DNA of 64,000 bases from NCBI GenBank assembly GCA_964387845.1, contig CAYLXA010000012.1, positions 1 to 64,000 of the forward strand, read 5' to 3'. Of the stretch, positions 32,903 through 42,967 are shown one piece after another. How positions within the stretch are numbered: position 1 is the first letter of the stretch; every line of letters begins with the position of its first letter. Under the pieces are notes generated by a model. The model saw only the letters and a list, made by a program, of their open reading frames with translations. It searched no databases and was not told where the DNA came from. A program made the position numbers and the translations under genes. This stretch comes from an uncultured bacterium. GTDB taxonomy: Bacteria; Omnitrophota; Omnitrophia; Omnitrophales; Abzuiibacteriaceae.

Positions 32903-33394
32903 TTGGTAAAGGAAATGCAGAATTTAGAAGCGATTAGAAAAAATTCAGCAGTCAATGCAAAAGCGGTTACGCGTTACGTGCGCGTTTCGCCGCGCAAAGT
33001 CCGTTTGCTTTTGGATATGATCCGAAAACAGCCTGTACAGAAGGCGTTTTTGATCTTGCAAGGCACGCGGAAAAAAAGTGCGCGCCTGGTTTCAAAGACG
33101 CTGAAAAGCGCTTTGGCCAATGCCCGCGATAAAAAGATGGATGAAACCAAGCTGTTTGTCCGTTTGGCATTTGCCGATGGCGGGCCGAGCATGAAACGGT
33201 TCTTGCCGCGCGCGATGGGGCGTGCCGATCAGATTTTGAAGCGCTCATCCCACATCACAGTCGTGCTTGAAGAAGGAAAAGTGAATTCATCGGAAAGTGG
33301 ATTGCCGCCCACAGAAGATAAGGCCGGCATGAAAAAGAAATTGTTCAGCAAAAAGATGGGAAAACAAAAGGAGAAAGCGCAAGCTGCCGCGTAA
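32903..33394 (+). CDS. rplV: 50S ribosomal protein L22 with roughly 50-aa C-terminal extension
   Basis: An L22 core is followed by a Lys/Glu-rich tail. Confidence 0.9.
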   Translation: MVKEMQNLEAIRKNSAVNAKAVTRYVRVSPRKVRLLLDMIRKQPVQKAFLILQGTRKKSARLVSKTLKSALANARDKKMDETKLFVRLAFADGGPSMKRFLPRAMGRADQILKRSSHITVVLEEGKVNSSESGLPPTEDKAGMKKKLFSKKMGKQKEKAQAAA

Positions 33395-33400
33395 CTGATT

Positions 33401-34165
33401 ATGGGACAAAAATCGCATCCTTACGGACTCAGGCTCGGATACATCAAAGATTGGAAGAGCAGGTGGTTTCTCCGCAACTACAAAGAAACATTGCATGAAG
33501 ATTTGGAAATCCGTAAGTTTTTGAAAAAGGAATTGGCAGCCGCCGGCGTTTCCAGCATCGATATTGAAAGGAAAAGCGGAAAAATCCGCGTGATTATTTA
33601 CACGGCGCGTCCGGGCGTGATCATCGGCCGCCGCGGGCAGGAAATCGACCGCGTGAAGGACAGCATTTCGAACATTACGAAAAACGAAATCTTTTTGGAT
33701 ATTAAAGAAGTCAAAGTTCCGCAATCCGATGCACAGCTTGTTTCGGACAACATTGCGCTTCAGCTTGAAAAACGGACTTCGTTCCGCAAGGCGATGAAGA
33801 AAGCGATTTCCGGCGCATTGTCGAAGGGCGCGGGCGGAATCAAGATCATTTGCAAAGGCCGTTTGGGCGGCGCTGAAATTGCACGCCAAGAGGGATATAA
33901 AGAAGGCAAAGTACCGCTCGGAACGCTAAGGGCGAATGTCGATTACGGATTTTCGGAAGCGTTTACGACCTACGGAACGATTGGCGTCAAGGTTTGGATT
34001 TATCACGGCGAAATTTTGGTGAAGAAAGAACAGGCTGAGCGTGCTAAGGAAAGAAAAGCACGCGAACTTGCCGAAGACAGCAAGGCAGAAAATGTAGCGG
34101 CCGGCCTCGAGCACGCGATTGAAGCGTCGATGGCGCAGCCTGACAGTTCAGCTGAAAAGAAATAA
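33401..34165 (+). CDS. rpsC: 30S ribosomal protein S3
   Basis: A KH domain and the conserved core are present. Confidence 0.95.
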   Translation: MGQKSHPYGLRLGYIKDWKSRWFLRNYKETLHEDLEIRKFLKKELAAAGVSSIDIERKSGKIRVIIYTARPGVIIGRRGQEIDRVKDSISNITKNEIFLDIKEVKVPQSDAQLVSDNIALQLEKRTSFRKAMKKAISGALSKGAGGIKIICKGRLGGAEIARQEGYKEGKVPLGTLRANVDYGFSEAFTTYGTIGVKVWIYHGEILVKKEQAERAKERKARELAEDSKAENVAAGLEHAIEASMAQPDSSAEKK

Positions 34166-34184
34166 GAATTAAAGGAGATTTGCG

Positions 34185-34592
34185 ATGTCATTAATGCCAA
34201 GCCGAGTGAAATACCGGAAAAATCACCGGGGAAAAATGCGCGGAAACGCGATGGCCGGCTATGAGCTTAATTACGGTGATTTCGGGCTTAAATCGTTAAG
34301 CCGCGGCTGGTTGTCTGCTGCTCAAATTGAAGCAGCGCGTGTGTCGATTGCGCGCCACGTGAAACGCGGCGGCAAATTGTGGTTGCGTGTGTTTCCGGAT
34401 AAATCATATTGCAAAAAGCCGGCGGAAACGCGTATGGGCAAAGGAAAAGGCGCGCCGGAGTACTATGTGGCGGTTATTAAGCCGGGCCGGATCTTATTTG
34501 AAATGGGCGGCGTTCCCGAAGAACTCGCAAAATCTGCTATGCGGATTTGCGCACATAAGTTGCCGTTCCGTACGAAATTTATTAAACGTTAA
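34185..34592 (+). CDS. rplP: 50S ribosomal protein L16
   Basis: Conserved sequence. Confidence 0.95.
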   Translation: MSLMPSRVKYRKNHRGKMRGNAMAGYELNYGDFGLKSLSRGWLSAAQIEAARVSIARHVKRGGKLWLRVFPDKSYCKKPAETRMGKGKGAPEYYVAVIKPGRILFEMGGVPEELAKSAMRICAHKLPFRTKFIKR

Positions 34593-34604
34593 AGGGATTT
34601 TCAA

Positions 34605-34814
34605 ATGCCGCAGACGAAAGCAAAAGATTTACGGGGCTTAAGCGTTGACGAGTTGAGCGACAAATACGAAGCGCTCAAGAAAGAGCTTTTTCAGCTCAGG
34701 CTGCAAGCCAAGCTTCAGAAATTGACGAATGTGGCCAAAATTAATCAGACGAAGCGTTTGGCCGCGAGAATTTTAACCGTGAAGCGTGAGCTTCAGAACG
34801 AAAAGAAAGCTTAA
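34605..34814 (+). CDS. rpmC: 50S ribosomal protein L29
   Basis: Length and position. Confidence 0.9.
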   Translation: MPQTKAKDLRGLSVDELSDKYEALKKELFQLRLQAKLQKLTNVAKINQTKRLAARILTVKRELQNEKKA

Positions 34815-34816
34815 TC

Positions 34817-35080
34817 ATGGAAACGACTCAAGCCGCGGCACGTCATACAAAAGAATTGGTCGGACTAGTGATCCGGAGCAAGATGCAGAAGACCATCGTG
34901 GTCGAAGTGACGCGCCTTGCGCCGCATCCGATGTATAACAAAGTTTTGAAAATCAGGAAGCGTTACGTGGTCCATGACGAAAAAGGCGAGGCAAAAGTCG
35001 GCGATAAAGTTCGGATCGTCGAGACGCGCCCGATTTCAAAAACAAAACACTGGCGCTTGCGCGAAATTATCAAGGCTTAA
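34817..35080 (+). CDS. rpsQ: 30S ribosomal protein S17
   Basis: Conserved sequence. Confidence 0.93.
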   Translation: METTQAAARHTKELVGLVIRSKMQKTIVVEVTRLAPHPMYNKVLKIRKRYVVHDEKGEAKVGDKVRIVETRPISKTKHWRLREIIKA

Positions 35081-35098
35081 TCGGTATTTGAGGAAATT

Positions 35099-35467
35099 AT
35101 GATTCAGTTAAGGACGATTTTAGAAATTGCAGATAACAGCGGCGCTAAGCGCGCTTCGATGATCGGCGTCTTGGGCTGTCACGGCAAACAATTTGCGACG
35201 GTAGGCGACATTATCACTGCGTCAGTGAAGGAAGCGCTGCCGGACGGTGTTGTGAAGCAAGGCGAAGTAGTGAAAGCTGTGATCGTGAGAACTCGCAGCC
35301 CGATCCGCCGCGCCGACGGTTCGACCGTTCGTTTCAACTCAAACGCGATGGTGATTATCGATAACCAGAAAAATCCCCGCGGAACCCGTGTTTTCGGGCC
35401 GGTGGCACGCGAGCTTCGTGACCGCGAATTTATGAAAATTATTTCATTGGCACCGGAAGTGGTTTAA
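35099..35467 (+). CDS. rplN: 50S ribosomal protein L14
   Basis: [17 protein letters not shown]. Confidence 0.96.
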   Translation: MIQLRTILEIADNSGAKRASMIGVLGCHGKQFATVGDIITASVKEALPDGVVKQGEVVKAVIVRTRSPIRRADGSTVRFNSNAMVIIDNQKNPRGTRVFGPVARELRDREFMKIISLAPEVV

Positions 35468-35481
35468 CAACCGGAATTTTT

Positions 35482-35790
35482 ATGAAACTTAAGAAAAACG
35501 ACCAAGTTACGGTAATTGCAGGCAAGGAAAGAGGGAAAAAGGGCAAAGTCCTGAAAGTTTTCCCGGTTGCCAATCGTGTGATCGTGGAAGGCCTGAATTA
35601 TTCGGTTGTTTATAACCGGCCGACTCAGGAAAACCCGAAAGGCGGACTTTCAAAAGTGGAATCTCAGATTCACATCTCGAACGTTCAGCTCATTTGCCCG
35701 AAATGCTCCAAGCCGACTCGGATTGGATACCAATTTTTAGCGGATAATACAAAACAAAGAATTTGCAAGAAGTGCAACGAAATCATATGA
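35482..35790 (+). CDS. rplX: 50S ribosomal protein L24 with C-terminal Cys4 zinc-ribbon-like tail
   Basis: A KOW core is present. The C-terminal tail is CPKCSKPTRIG...RICKKCNEII. Confidence 0.9.
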   Translation: MKLKKNDQVTVIAGKERGKKGKVLKVFPVANRVIVEGLNYSVVYNRPTQENPKGGLSKVESQIHISNVQLICPKCSKPTRIGYQFLADNTKQRICKKCNEII

Positions 35791-36356
35791 AACACGCAGA
35801 AGCACATACAAACGGCGCACCGACTTTATTGAAGAAGTACCGCGATCAAGTGGTTCCGGCTTTGATGAAGGCACGCCAATATACCAACGTTCACCAGGTT
35901 CCGACGCTTGAAAAGATCGTCATAAACATGGGCGTCAAGGAAGGCGCTTCAGACATTAAAATTCTGGATCAGTTGGCGCTTGAACTGGGGCAAATTACGG
36001 GCCAGAAGCCGGTCGTGACACGTGCAAAAAAGTCAATTTCGGCGTTTCATTTAAAGCAGGGTATGCCGATCGGGCTCAAAGTGACTTTACGCCGCGGAAA
36101 AATGTATGAATTTATGGAGCGCTTAATCAGCGTTGCAATCCCGAGGATTCGCGATTTCCGGGGTTATATGCCGACAGGGTTTGACGATCACGGCAACTAT
36201 TCGTTCGGAATTCAGGAGCAATTGATATTTCCTGAGGTTGAATTCGAAAAGATCAAAAAGACGCAAGGTATGGATGTAACGTTTGTGACATCCACTAAGG
36301 ACAAAGCCGAATCGAAGGAACTCCTGCAGTTGATGGGTTTTCCGTTTAAAAAGTAA
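35787..36356 (+). CDS. rplE: 50S ribosomal protein L5
   Basis: The start is the ATG in an ATGA overlap with the rplX stop. Conserved VPxLxKIVINMGV. Confidence 0.93.
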   Translation: MKHAEAHTNGAPTLLKKYRDQVVPALMKARQYTNVHQVPTLEKIVINMGVKEGASDIKILDQLALELGQITGQKPVVTRAKKSISAFHLKQGMPIGLKVTLRRGKMYEFMERLISVAIPRIRDFRGYMPTGFDDHGNYSFGIQEQLIFPEVEFEKIKKTQGMDVTFVTSTKDKAESKELLQLMGFPFKK

Positions 36357-36365
36357 GGAAAAGAA

Positions 36366-36551
36366 ATGGCCAAAACGTGTTTAGTAGTTAAAGCAAAAAG
36401 AAAGCCGAAGTTTCCAGTGCGCGCGTATTACCGCTGTTATGTGTGCGGCCGCCGCAAGGGATTGATTCGCAAGTTTCAATTATGCCGGATTTGCTTCCGC
36501 GAACTCGCAGTACGCGGCATGCTTCCGGGTGTCAAGAAATCGAGTTGGTGA
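36366..36551 (+). CDS. rpsZ: 30S ribosomal protein S14 type Z (Zn-binding)
   Basis: Length is 61 aa with CxxC...CxxC. Confidence 0.93.
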   Translation: MAKTCLVVKAKRKPKFPVRAYYRCYVCGRRKGLIRKFQLCRICFRELAVRGMLPGVKKSSW

Positions 36552-36561
36552 AAGGAATATC

Positions 36562-36963
36562 ATGGGAGCTCCCACAGATCCGATAGCTGATTTTTTAACC
36601 GTCATTCGAAACGGTATACAGGCCAAGAAGGAGAAGGTCACGACCCGTGCTTCGAATATGACGCTGAAAATCGCTGATATTTTGAAACAAGAAGGTTTTA
36701 TCGATAATTTCAAATTAATCGAAGAATCCGGCAAGCGTACGATCCGGATCCAGCTTCGTTATTTTAAAAATAATCAACCGGCGATTCGTGCGCTTGAGCG
36801 TATTTCGAAGCCCGGCATTCATTATTATGTCGGCGCCAAAGAAATTCCGCGGGCACTCGGCGGTTTGGGAATCACGATTTTGTCGACTTCAAAAGGCATC
36901 TTAACGGACCGCCAGGCAAGAGAAGGCCATATCGGCGGCGAAGTCGTTTGCAAAGTTTGGTGA
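36562..36963 (+). CDS. rpsH: 30S ribosomal protein S8
   Basis: The internal ATG gives a canonical N-terminus. Confidence 0.92.
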   Translation: MGAPTDPIADFLTVIRNGIQAKKEKVTTRASNMTLKIADILKQEGFIDNFKLIEESGKRTIRIQLRYFKNNQPAIRALERISKPGIHYYVGAKEIPRALGGLGITILSTSKGILTDRQAREGHIGGEVVCKVW

Positions 36964-36967
36964 AGTT

Positions 36968-37504
36968 ATGTCACGAATTGGTTTAAAAGCAATTGCAATT
37001 CCCTCAGGAATCAAGGTTAACGCGACTCAGGCCGCGGTAACTGTGGAAGGCCCGAAGGGTAAATTGGAAATGAAAATCGATCCGCGGATTAAAGTATCTG
37101 TGAAAGATGGACAGATCAGTGTTGCGAGATCCAAGGACGAACGTTTGGATAAAGCGCTGCACGGGTTTACGCGAAGCTCGATTCAAAACATGATTGCAGG
37201 TGTTGCGAATGGCTACGAAAAAAACCTTGCCATCGAAGGCGTCGGTTTTAAGGCAGCGATTCAAGGAAAAACGCTGCAGCTTGCGCTTGGTTTTTCGCAC
37301 CTGATCAATTACACGATTCCTGAAGGCGTTAAAGTAGAAGCGCCGAAACCAACCCAAATTTCGGTGAAAGGAATCGATAAGCATTTAGTCGGACAGGTGG
37401 CGGCTGATATCCGCCAGTTTTTTGAGCCCGAACCCTACAAAGGAAAAGGCATTCGTTACGTTGGCGAGCATATTCGCAAGAAACAAGGCAAAACAGTCGG
37501 ATAA
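36968..37504 (+). CDS. rplF: 50S ribosomal protein L6
   Basis: Conserved sequence. Confidence 0.95.
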   Translation: MSRIGLKAIAIPSGIKVNATQAAVTVEGPKGKLEMKIDPRIKVSVKDGQISVARSKDERLDKALHGFTRSSIQNMIAGVANGYEKNLAIEGVGFKAAIQGKTLQLALGFSHLINYTIPEGVKVEAPKPTQISVKGIDKHLVGQVAADIRQFFEPEPYKGKGIRYVGEHIRKKQGKTVG

Positions 37505-37518
37505 GACGGAGCAGGAAA

Positions 37519-37881
37519 ATGGCATTTACAAAGGACGAACTTTTAAAACGCAGGCATATCCGGGTCAGACGGAAAATCACGGGAAACCCCGAACGTCCCC
37601 GGCTTTCGGTTCGCCGTTCGCATTTGAATTTGAACGTTCAAATTGTCGACGACTACGCCGAGAAAACGCTTTTGTCGGTTTCTTCGCTCAGCCCGGAATT
37701 CCGGAAAAAAGCGAAAAGCGCAGGCAATGTAGAAGCTGCCAAATTATTCGGACAATTTGTGGCAGGTGAAATGAAAAAGAAAGGTTTGCAAAAAATCGCG
37801 TTTGACCGCGGCGGGTATTTATACCATGGCCGTGTGAAAGCACTCGCGGATTCTTTGCGCGAAAATGGGATTCAATTTTAA
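37519..37881 (+). CDS. rplR: 50S ribosomal protein L18
   Basis: Conserved sequence. Confidence 0.95.
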   Translation: MAFTKDELLKRRHIRVRRKITGNPERPRLSVRRSHLNLNVQIVDDYAEKTLLSVSSLSPEFRKKAKSAGNVEAAKLFGQFVAGEMKKKGLQKIAFDRGGYLYHGRVKALADSLRENGIQF

Positions 37882-38471
37882 TGGCCACTGATACAAACGA
37901 AACACAGCAAGATTCAGCAGCATCAACGTCAGAAACCGAGCGTCAGCCGCAAAAGACGCGCAGGGCTCGTCCACCGAAGCGTAATTTTCAGGTTGTCGAT
38001 TCGGGCGTTATCGAAAAAGTTATTCAAATCAACCGCGTCGCCAAAGTAGTGAAAGGCGGCAAACGGTTTCATTTTAGCGCACTTGTCGTGACCGGAAACG
38101 GCCAAGGCGAAGTCGGTTATGCGCTTGGGAAAGCCAATGAAGTGTCGGATGCGATCAAGAAAGCACTTCAGCAGTCAAAACGCAGTCATTTTAAGATTAA
38201 AATGGACGGAACTACGATTCCGCACGACGTTTTCGGAAAATACGGAGCCGCCAAAGTGCTGCTTCGCCGGGGCGCTCCCGGAACCGGTATTATCGCAGGC
38301 GGCGCCGTGCGCGCGCTTTGTGAGTGCAGCGGTATCAAAGACATTTTGACCAAAAGTCTCGGCAGCGATAACGCGATTAACGTGCTCAAGGCCGCGATCC
38401 AGGGTTTCCAGAGTTTGATGTTAAGAGACGAATTGCTGGAACAGAAGAATGAAGAAAGGCAAGTATCATGA
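37881..38471 (+). CDS. rpsE: 30S ribosomal protein S5 with roughly 30-aa N-terminal extension
   Basis: Conserved core. The N-terminal tail is acidic/basic and low-complexity. Confidence 0.93.
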   Translation: MATDTNETQQDSAASTSETERQPQKTRRARPPKRNFQVVDSGVIEKVIQINRVAKVVKGGKRFHFSALVVTGNGQGEVGYALGKANEVSDAIKKALQQSKRSHFKIKMDGTTIPHDVFGKYGAAKVLLRRGAPGTGIIAGGAVRALCECSGIKDILTKSLGSDNAINVLKAAIQGFQSLMLRDELLEQKNEERQVS

Positions 38472-38917
38472 AGGCCAAGAAACCTTACCACAAGCGCCGG
38501 AAGATTATCGGGCGGGGTGTCGGTTCAGGCCATGGCAAAACCTCAACCAAAGGCCATAAGGGCCAACGCGCCCGCGCAGGATTTCAGCAGCGCCCGGGGT
38601 TTGAAGGCGGGCAAAATCCGCTGTATCGCCGTGTGCCGAAAAGAGGTTTTAATCAGTCTGACCGGAGAACATTCGCGATTGTGAATTTAGACCAGATTGC
38701 TGCTCTGAAAGATAAGGAAGTGACGCCGGAAAGCCTGCTGAATCTGGGCGTGATCCGGAAGCGGGAGGACGGGCTTAAAGTATTGGGCCGCGGCGCATTA
38801 ACCCGCGCGGTGACGATTAAGGCGCATCGGTTTAGTGAATCTGCAAAAGCAGCGATCGAAAAGGCAGGCGGAAAAGCAATCATACTTGAATTAATCAAGC
38901 AAAACGCGACTTCATAA
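38468..38917 (+). CDS. rplO: 50S ribosomal protein L15
   Basis: Conserved sequence. It overlaps the rpsE stop by 4 nt, so there is no rpmD. Confidence 0.95.
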   Translation: MKAKKPYHKRRKIIGRGVGSGHGKTSTKGHKGQRARAGFQQRPGFEGGQNPLYRRVPKRGFNQSDRRTFAIVNLDQIAALKDKEVTPESLLNLGVIRKREDGLKVLGRGALTRAVTIKAHRFSESAKAAIEKAGGKAIILELIKQNATS

Positions 38918-38920
38918 TAT

Positions 38921-40279
38921 ATGTGGCAGGCGTTAAGCAATATTTTTAAAGTTCCGGATTTACGGAAAAAAGTTTTATTTACGCTCTTTATCATCGTGAT
39001 TTACCGTTTAGGCGCACATGTGCCGACGCCCGGCATTGACGGCAACGCTCTCAGCCAGTTTTTTCAGCGGATGAGCGGTGCGGGCGGAAGCCTCTTCGGT
39101 ATTATGGGGCTCTTTTCGGGCGGCGCTTTGAACCGTGCGACAATTTTTGCGCTCGGCATCATGCCGTACATCTCGGCTTCCATTATCGTCCAGCTTTTGA
39201 CGGTCGTGATTCCGTCATTTGAAAAAATGGCGAAGGAAGGCGGCGAAGAAGGCCGCAAGACACTGATTCAGTATACGCGCTACGGCACAATTATTTTGGC
39301 GCTGATTCAAACGTTTTTTATTGCTCTTTGGCTTGAGAACCCGAATGCGTTTCAAGGAACCGTGATTGTTCCGAACCCGGGCTGGGCGTTCCGTCTGATG
39401 ACGATTCTAACAATGACAACGGGAACCGCATTTATCATGTGGCTTGCCGAGCAGATTGATGAGTACGGCATCGGAAACGGCATGTCGATTTTGATTACGG
39501 CCGGCATTATCGAATCAATCCCGACTGCGATTTATCAGACTTGGGTTTTGGTTTCACCGTTTGACCTGGCGCGCCAACAGCTCGCTTATTGGAAGCTGGG
39601 GCTGATGGGGATTTTGTTCGTCGGAACCGTCGTGGGCGTGATCCTGATTATTCAAGGACAGCGCAAAATTCCGGTTCAGTACGCGAAGCAAATCCGCGGG
39701 AACCGCGTTTATGGCGGCCAAAGCACTTTTTTGCCGCTCAAAGTGAACCAGGCGGGCGTGATCCCGATCATTTTTGCGCAGTCGATTATTTTGTTTCCGG
39801 CAACGATTGCAGGATTTTTGCCGCAGCAGAATATTGTCCGCAATGTGGCCGCGTGGCTGTCGCCCGGAACCGTGCCGTACGAAGCGATTTATGCATTTTT
39901 GATTATCTTTTTTACGTTCTTTTATACGGCAATTACGTTTAACCCGATTGAAGTGGCGAACAATCTGCAGAAATACGGCGGATTTGTGCCGGGTATCCGG
40001 CCGGGGAAAAACACGGCCGATCATTTGGATTATTTGATGACGCGCATTGCATTTAGCGGTGCAATCTTTTTGGCGCTTTTGGCGATTTTCCCGAGTATCT
40101 TGAGTTCGCCGAAGGTGCTCAACATTCCGTTCTTGATTGCGAGCTTTTTCGGCGGCACGGGTCTTTTGATCATTGTCGGCGTTGTGCTCGATACCATGAA
40201 ACGGATTGAATCGCAGCTTTTAATGCGTCATTACGACGGATTTGTCCGAAAGGGTAAATTGCGCGCAAGATTTCGTTAA
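38921..40279 (+). CDS. secY: Preprotein translocase subunit SecY
   Basis: A 10-TM profile at 452 aa. Confidence 0.96.
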   Translation: MWQALSNIFKVPDLRKKVLFTLFIIVIYRLGAHVPTPGIDGNALSQFFQRMSGAGGSLFGIMGLFSGGALNRATIFALGIMPYISASIIVQLLTVVIPSFEKMAKEGGEEGRKTLIQYTRYGTIILALIQTFFIALWLENPNAFQGTVIVPNPGWAFRLMTILTMTTGTAFIMWLAEQIDEYGIGNGMSILITAGIIESIPTAIYQTWVLVSPFDLARQQLAYWKLGLMGILFVGTVVGVILIIQGQRKIPVQYAKQIRGNRVYGGQSTFLPLKVNQAGVIPIIFAQSIILFPATIAGFLPQQNIVRNVAAWLSPGTVPYEAIYAFLIIFFTFFYTAITFNPIEVANNLQKYGGFVPGIRPGKNTADHLDYLMTRIAFSGAIFLALLAIFPSILSSPKVLNIPFLIASFFGGTGLLIIVGVVLDTMKRIESQLLMRHYDGFVRKGKLRARFR

Positions 40280-40293
40280 GAGGAAGGTGACTG

Positions 40294-40974
40294 ATGCGAA
40301 TTGTGATGATGGGGCCTCCGGGAGCGGGAAAAGGAACCCACGCTAAAATTATTAGCAAACAATTTGCTTCGGCCCATATCGCGACGGGCGATCTTTTGAG
40401 ATTGAAGGTGCAGGACGGTTCTGAAATCGGCAAGCGGGCCAAAGCCGTGATGGACAAAGGCGAGTTGGTGCCGGATGAAATGGTCATTCAGATGATCAAG
40501 GAAAGGCTCCAGGAACCGGACGCGAAAAAAGGATTTGTGTTGGACGGTTTTCCGAGAACCGTTGCGCAAGCGCAAGCGCTTGATGCTCTTTTGAAAAGTT
40601 TGAAACTAAAATTGGACGGCGTTTTGAATCTTACCGTATCCGAAGCAGTGGTGCTGAGGCGCCTTTCGGGCCGGCGGGTTTGCTTAAAATGCGGTGCAAG
40701 TTTTCATGTTACAAATATTATTCCGAAGCGCGAAGGAATTTGCGATGTGTGCAATTCAGAGCTAATCCAGCGCAAGGATGATAAGCCGGAAACCATTTTG
40801 GAACGCATGCGGGTTTATCACGATAAAACCCAGCCGCTCATTGATTACTATAAGGCTTCCGGAGCCATGCATACAGTTGACGGCGACCTGGAAGTCGAAC
40901 CGCTTCAGAAGGTTTTGCAGAAGCTTTATGAAAAACTCGGCTGGCTAAAAAAAGCGCCGGCCAGTTCTCAATGA
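40294..40974 (+). CDS. adk: Adenylate kinase (Zn-lid form)
   Basis: GPPGAGKGT is present. The lid is CxxC...CxxC. Confidence 0.95.
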   Translation: MRIVMMGPPGAGKGTHAKIISKQFASAHIATGDLLRLKVQDGSEIGKRAKAVMDKGELVPDEMVIQMIKERLQEPDAKKGFVLDGFPRTVAQAQALDALLKSLKLKLDGVLNLTVSEAVVLRRLSGRRVCLKCGASFHVTNIIPKREGICDVCNSELIQRKDDKPETILERMRVYHDKTQPLIDYYKASGAMHTVDGDLEVEPLQKVLQKLYEKLGWLKKAPASSQ

Positions 40975-41750
40975 TCACGATCAAGTCCGAGCGTGAAATA
41001 GAGCTCATGCGGGAAGCCGCAGTGAAGCTGAAAAACGTTTTTTCAGAAGTAAAAGGAATGATCAAGCCGGGTGTTAAGACATCCGACTTGGACAAAAAAG
41101 CCGAGCAGGTGATTCGCGCTCAAAGCGCAAAGCCGGCCTTCAAAGGCTACCGGGGTTATCCGGCGAGTCTTTGTATTTCGATCAACGAAGAAGTTGTTCA
41201 CGGAATTCCGTCGGCCAGCCGCGTGATCGAAGAAGGCGATGTGGTCAGTATCGATGCCGGTCTTGTTTGGCGCGATTACTTCAGCGATTCGGCCAGAACC
41301 TGGGTCGTTGGAAAAGTTTCGGATCGTATTTTGAAGATGATTCAGATCACGAAACAAGCTCTTTATGAAGGTATGGATCAGATGAAGCCGGGTGCGCGGA
41401 TAGGCGATATATCCGCCGCGATTCAAAAGTGTATTGAATCAAACGGTTTCGGTGTGGTGCGGGATTATGTCGGGCATGGCATCGGAAAAGCGATGCACGA
41501 AGATCCGCAAGTTCCCAATTACGGAATGGCGGGACGCGGCCAGAAAATTGAAATCGGTATGGCACTTGCGCTTGAACCGATGGTGACCGAAGGTAATTGG
41601 CAGGTCAATGTGCTGGAAGACGGCTGGACGGTCGTGACGAAGGATAAAAAAATCGCCGCGCATTACGAAGACACGATCGCGGTAACGGCGAATGGCCCTG
41701 AAAATTTGACGGGCGAACAAACGTACCAAGAAAGCGAAGTTTGCGTATAA
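40971..41750 (+). CDS. map: Methionine aminopeptidase type I
   Basis: Conserved metal ligands on a pita-bread fold. Confidence 0.93.
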   Translation: MITIKSEREIELMREAAVKLKNVFSEVKGMIKPGVKTSDLDKKAEQVIRAQSAKPAFKGYRGYPASLCISINEEVVHGIPSASRVIEEGDVVSIDAGLVWRDYFSDSARTWVVGKVSDRILKMIQITKQALYEGMDQMKPGARIGDISAAIQKCIESNGFGVVRDYVGHGIGKAMHEDPQVPNYGMAGRGQKIEIGMALALEPMVTEGNWQVNVLEDGWTVVTKDKKIAAHYEDTIAVTANGPENLTGEQTYQESEVCV

Positions 41751-41756
41751 CCGAGT

Positions 41757-41990
41757 TTGGTCGAAAGGATTATGCCGAAAGAAGATTCGATTGAGGTAGA
41801 GGGAAAGGTCATAGAACCGCTCCCGAACGCCATGTTTCGTGTTGAATTGGAAAACGGACACGTGGTATTGGCGCATATTTCGGGAAAAATGAGAATGAAC
41901 TATATACGGATATTGCCGGGCGACAAAGTAAAAGTAGAATTATCGCCCTACGATTTAAACCGGGGCCGGATTACTTTCCGGGTTAAGTGA
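41757..41990 (+). CDS. infA: Translation initiation factor IF-1
   Basis: Conserved S1-like OB fold. Confidence 0.95.
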   Translation: MVERIMPKEDSIEVEGKVIEPLPNAMFRVELENGHVVLAHISGKMRMNYIRILPGDKVKVELSPYDLNRGRITFRVK

Positions 41991-41994
41991 GAAC

Positions 41995-42111
41995 ATGAAA
42001 GTCAGAGCATCTGTTAAAAGAATTTGTCAAAACTGTAAGATTGTCAGGCGCAAAAGGGTTGTGTACGTGATTTGCAAAGCAACTCCGAAACACAAGCAGC
42101 GCCAAGGTTAA
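41995..42111 (+). CDS. rpmJ: 50S ribosomal protein L36
   Basis: Translation gives [38 protein letters not shown]. It is missing from the ORF track. Confidence 0.9.
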   Translation: MKVRASVKRICQNCKIVRRKRVVYVICKATPKHKQRQG

Positions 42112-42125
42112 AAAGGAGAAAATAA

Positions 42126-42512
42126 GTGCCACGTATTTTTGGTGTTGATATTCCGAGAGAAAAACGCACGGAAATTGCGCTTACCTATTTATTCGGCATC
42201 GGCCGGGCTCTGTCGAACACGGTTCTTCAGAAGACCGGTATTGATCCCAATAAACGCGCGAAAGATTTGACCGACAAGGAAATTGCCGCGATTACGGCCG
42301 AAATTCAAAAGACTTACAAAGTCGAAGGCGACCTGCGGCGTGAAATTCAGCAGAACATCAAGCGGTTGATCGACATTCGCTCGTACCGTGGCACGCGGCA
42401 TTTAAAAGGATTGCCTGTCCGCGGCCAGCGCTCGCATACGAATGCGAGGACGCGTAAAGGACCCCGAAAAACTATCGGCGGCCTGATTAAAAAAGCACCG
42501 GCACCTAAATGA
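42126..42512 (+). CDS. rpsM: 30S ribosomal protein S13 (GTG start)
   Basis: Conserved sequence. Confidence 0.95.
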   Translation: MPRIFGVDIPREKRTEIALTYLFGIGRALSNTVLQKTGIDPNKRAKDLTDKEIAAITAEIQKTYKVEGDLRREIQQNIKRLIDIRSYRGTRHLKGLPVRGQRSHTNARTRKGPRKTIGGLIKKAPAPK

Positions 42513-42520
42513 CAGCAGCT

Positions 42521-42579
42521 CCTGTCACCCTGAGCAGAGCGAAGGGTCTAGATTCTTCGCTTCGCTCAGAATGACGGCG
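42521..42579. repeat. Palindromic repeat copy 2 (inverted relative to 1309–1380)
   Basis: The reverse complement CGCCGTCATTCTGAGCGAAGCGAAGAATCTA matches GCCGTCATCCTGAGGAGCGAAGCGACGAAGGATCTA of copy 1. Confidence 0.55.
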
Positions 42580-42595
42580 TAAAAAGGAAACATAA

Positions 42596-42964
42596 ATGGC
42601 GAAGAAGAAAGTTAAAAATATTACAAAAGGCGTTGTGCATATTTTGGCATCGTTCAACAACACGGTAATTACGATTACCGACGTTGTAGGTAATGCGGTT
42701 TGTTGGTCCAGTTCGGGCGGTGCAGGGTTCAAGGGATCTAAAAAATCAACACCATTTGCTGCGCAAGTTGCTTCCGAGCAAGCAGCCAAAAAAGCCATTG
42801 AAAACGGTATGAAGGAAGTGGAAGTAAAAGTGTCAGGCCCCGGTTCCGGCCGCGAATCTGCCATTAGAGCTTTGCAGGCTGCCGGATTACAAATTACATC
42901 GATTAAAGACGTAACGCCGATTCCGCACAACGGATGCCGGCCGCCCAAGAGAAGGAGAGTCTAA
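42596..42964 (+). CDS. rpsK: 30S ribosomal protein S11
   Basis: Conserved sequence. Confidence 0.95.
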   Translation: MAKKKVKNITKGVVHILASFNNTVITITDVVGNAVCWSSSGGAGFKGSKKSTPFAAQVASEQAAKKAIENGMKEVEVKVSGPGSGRESAIRALQAAGLQITSIKDVTPIPHNGCRPPKRRRV

Positions 42965-42967
42965 GAC

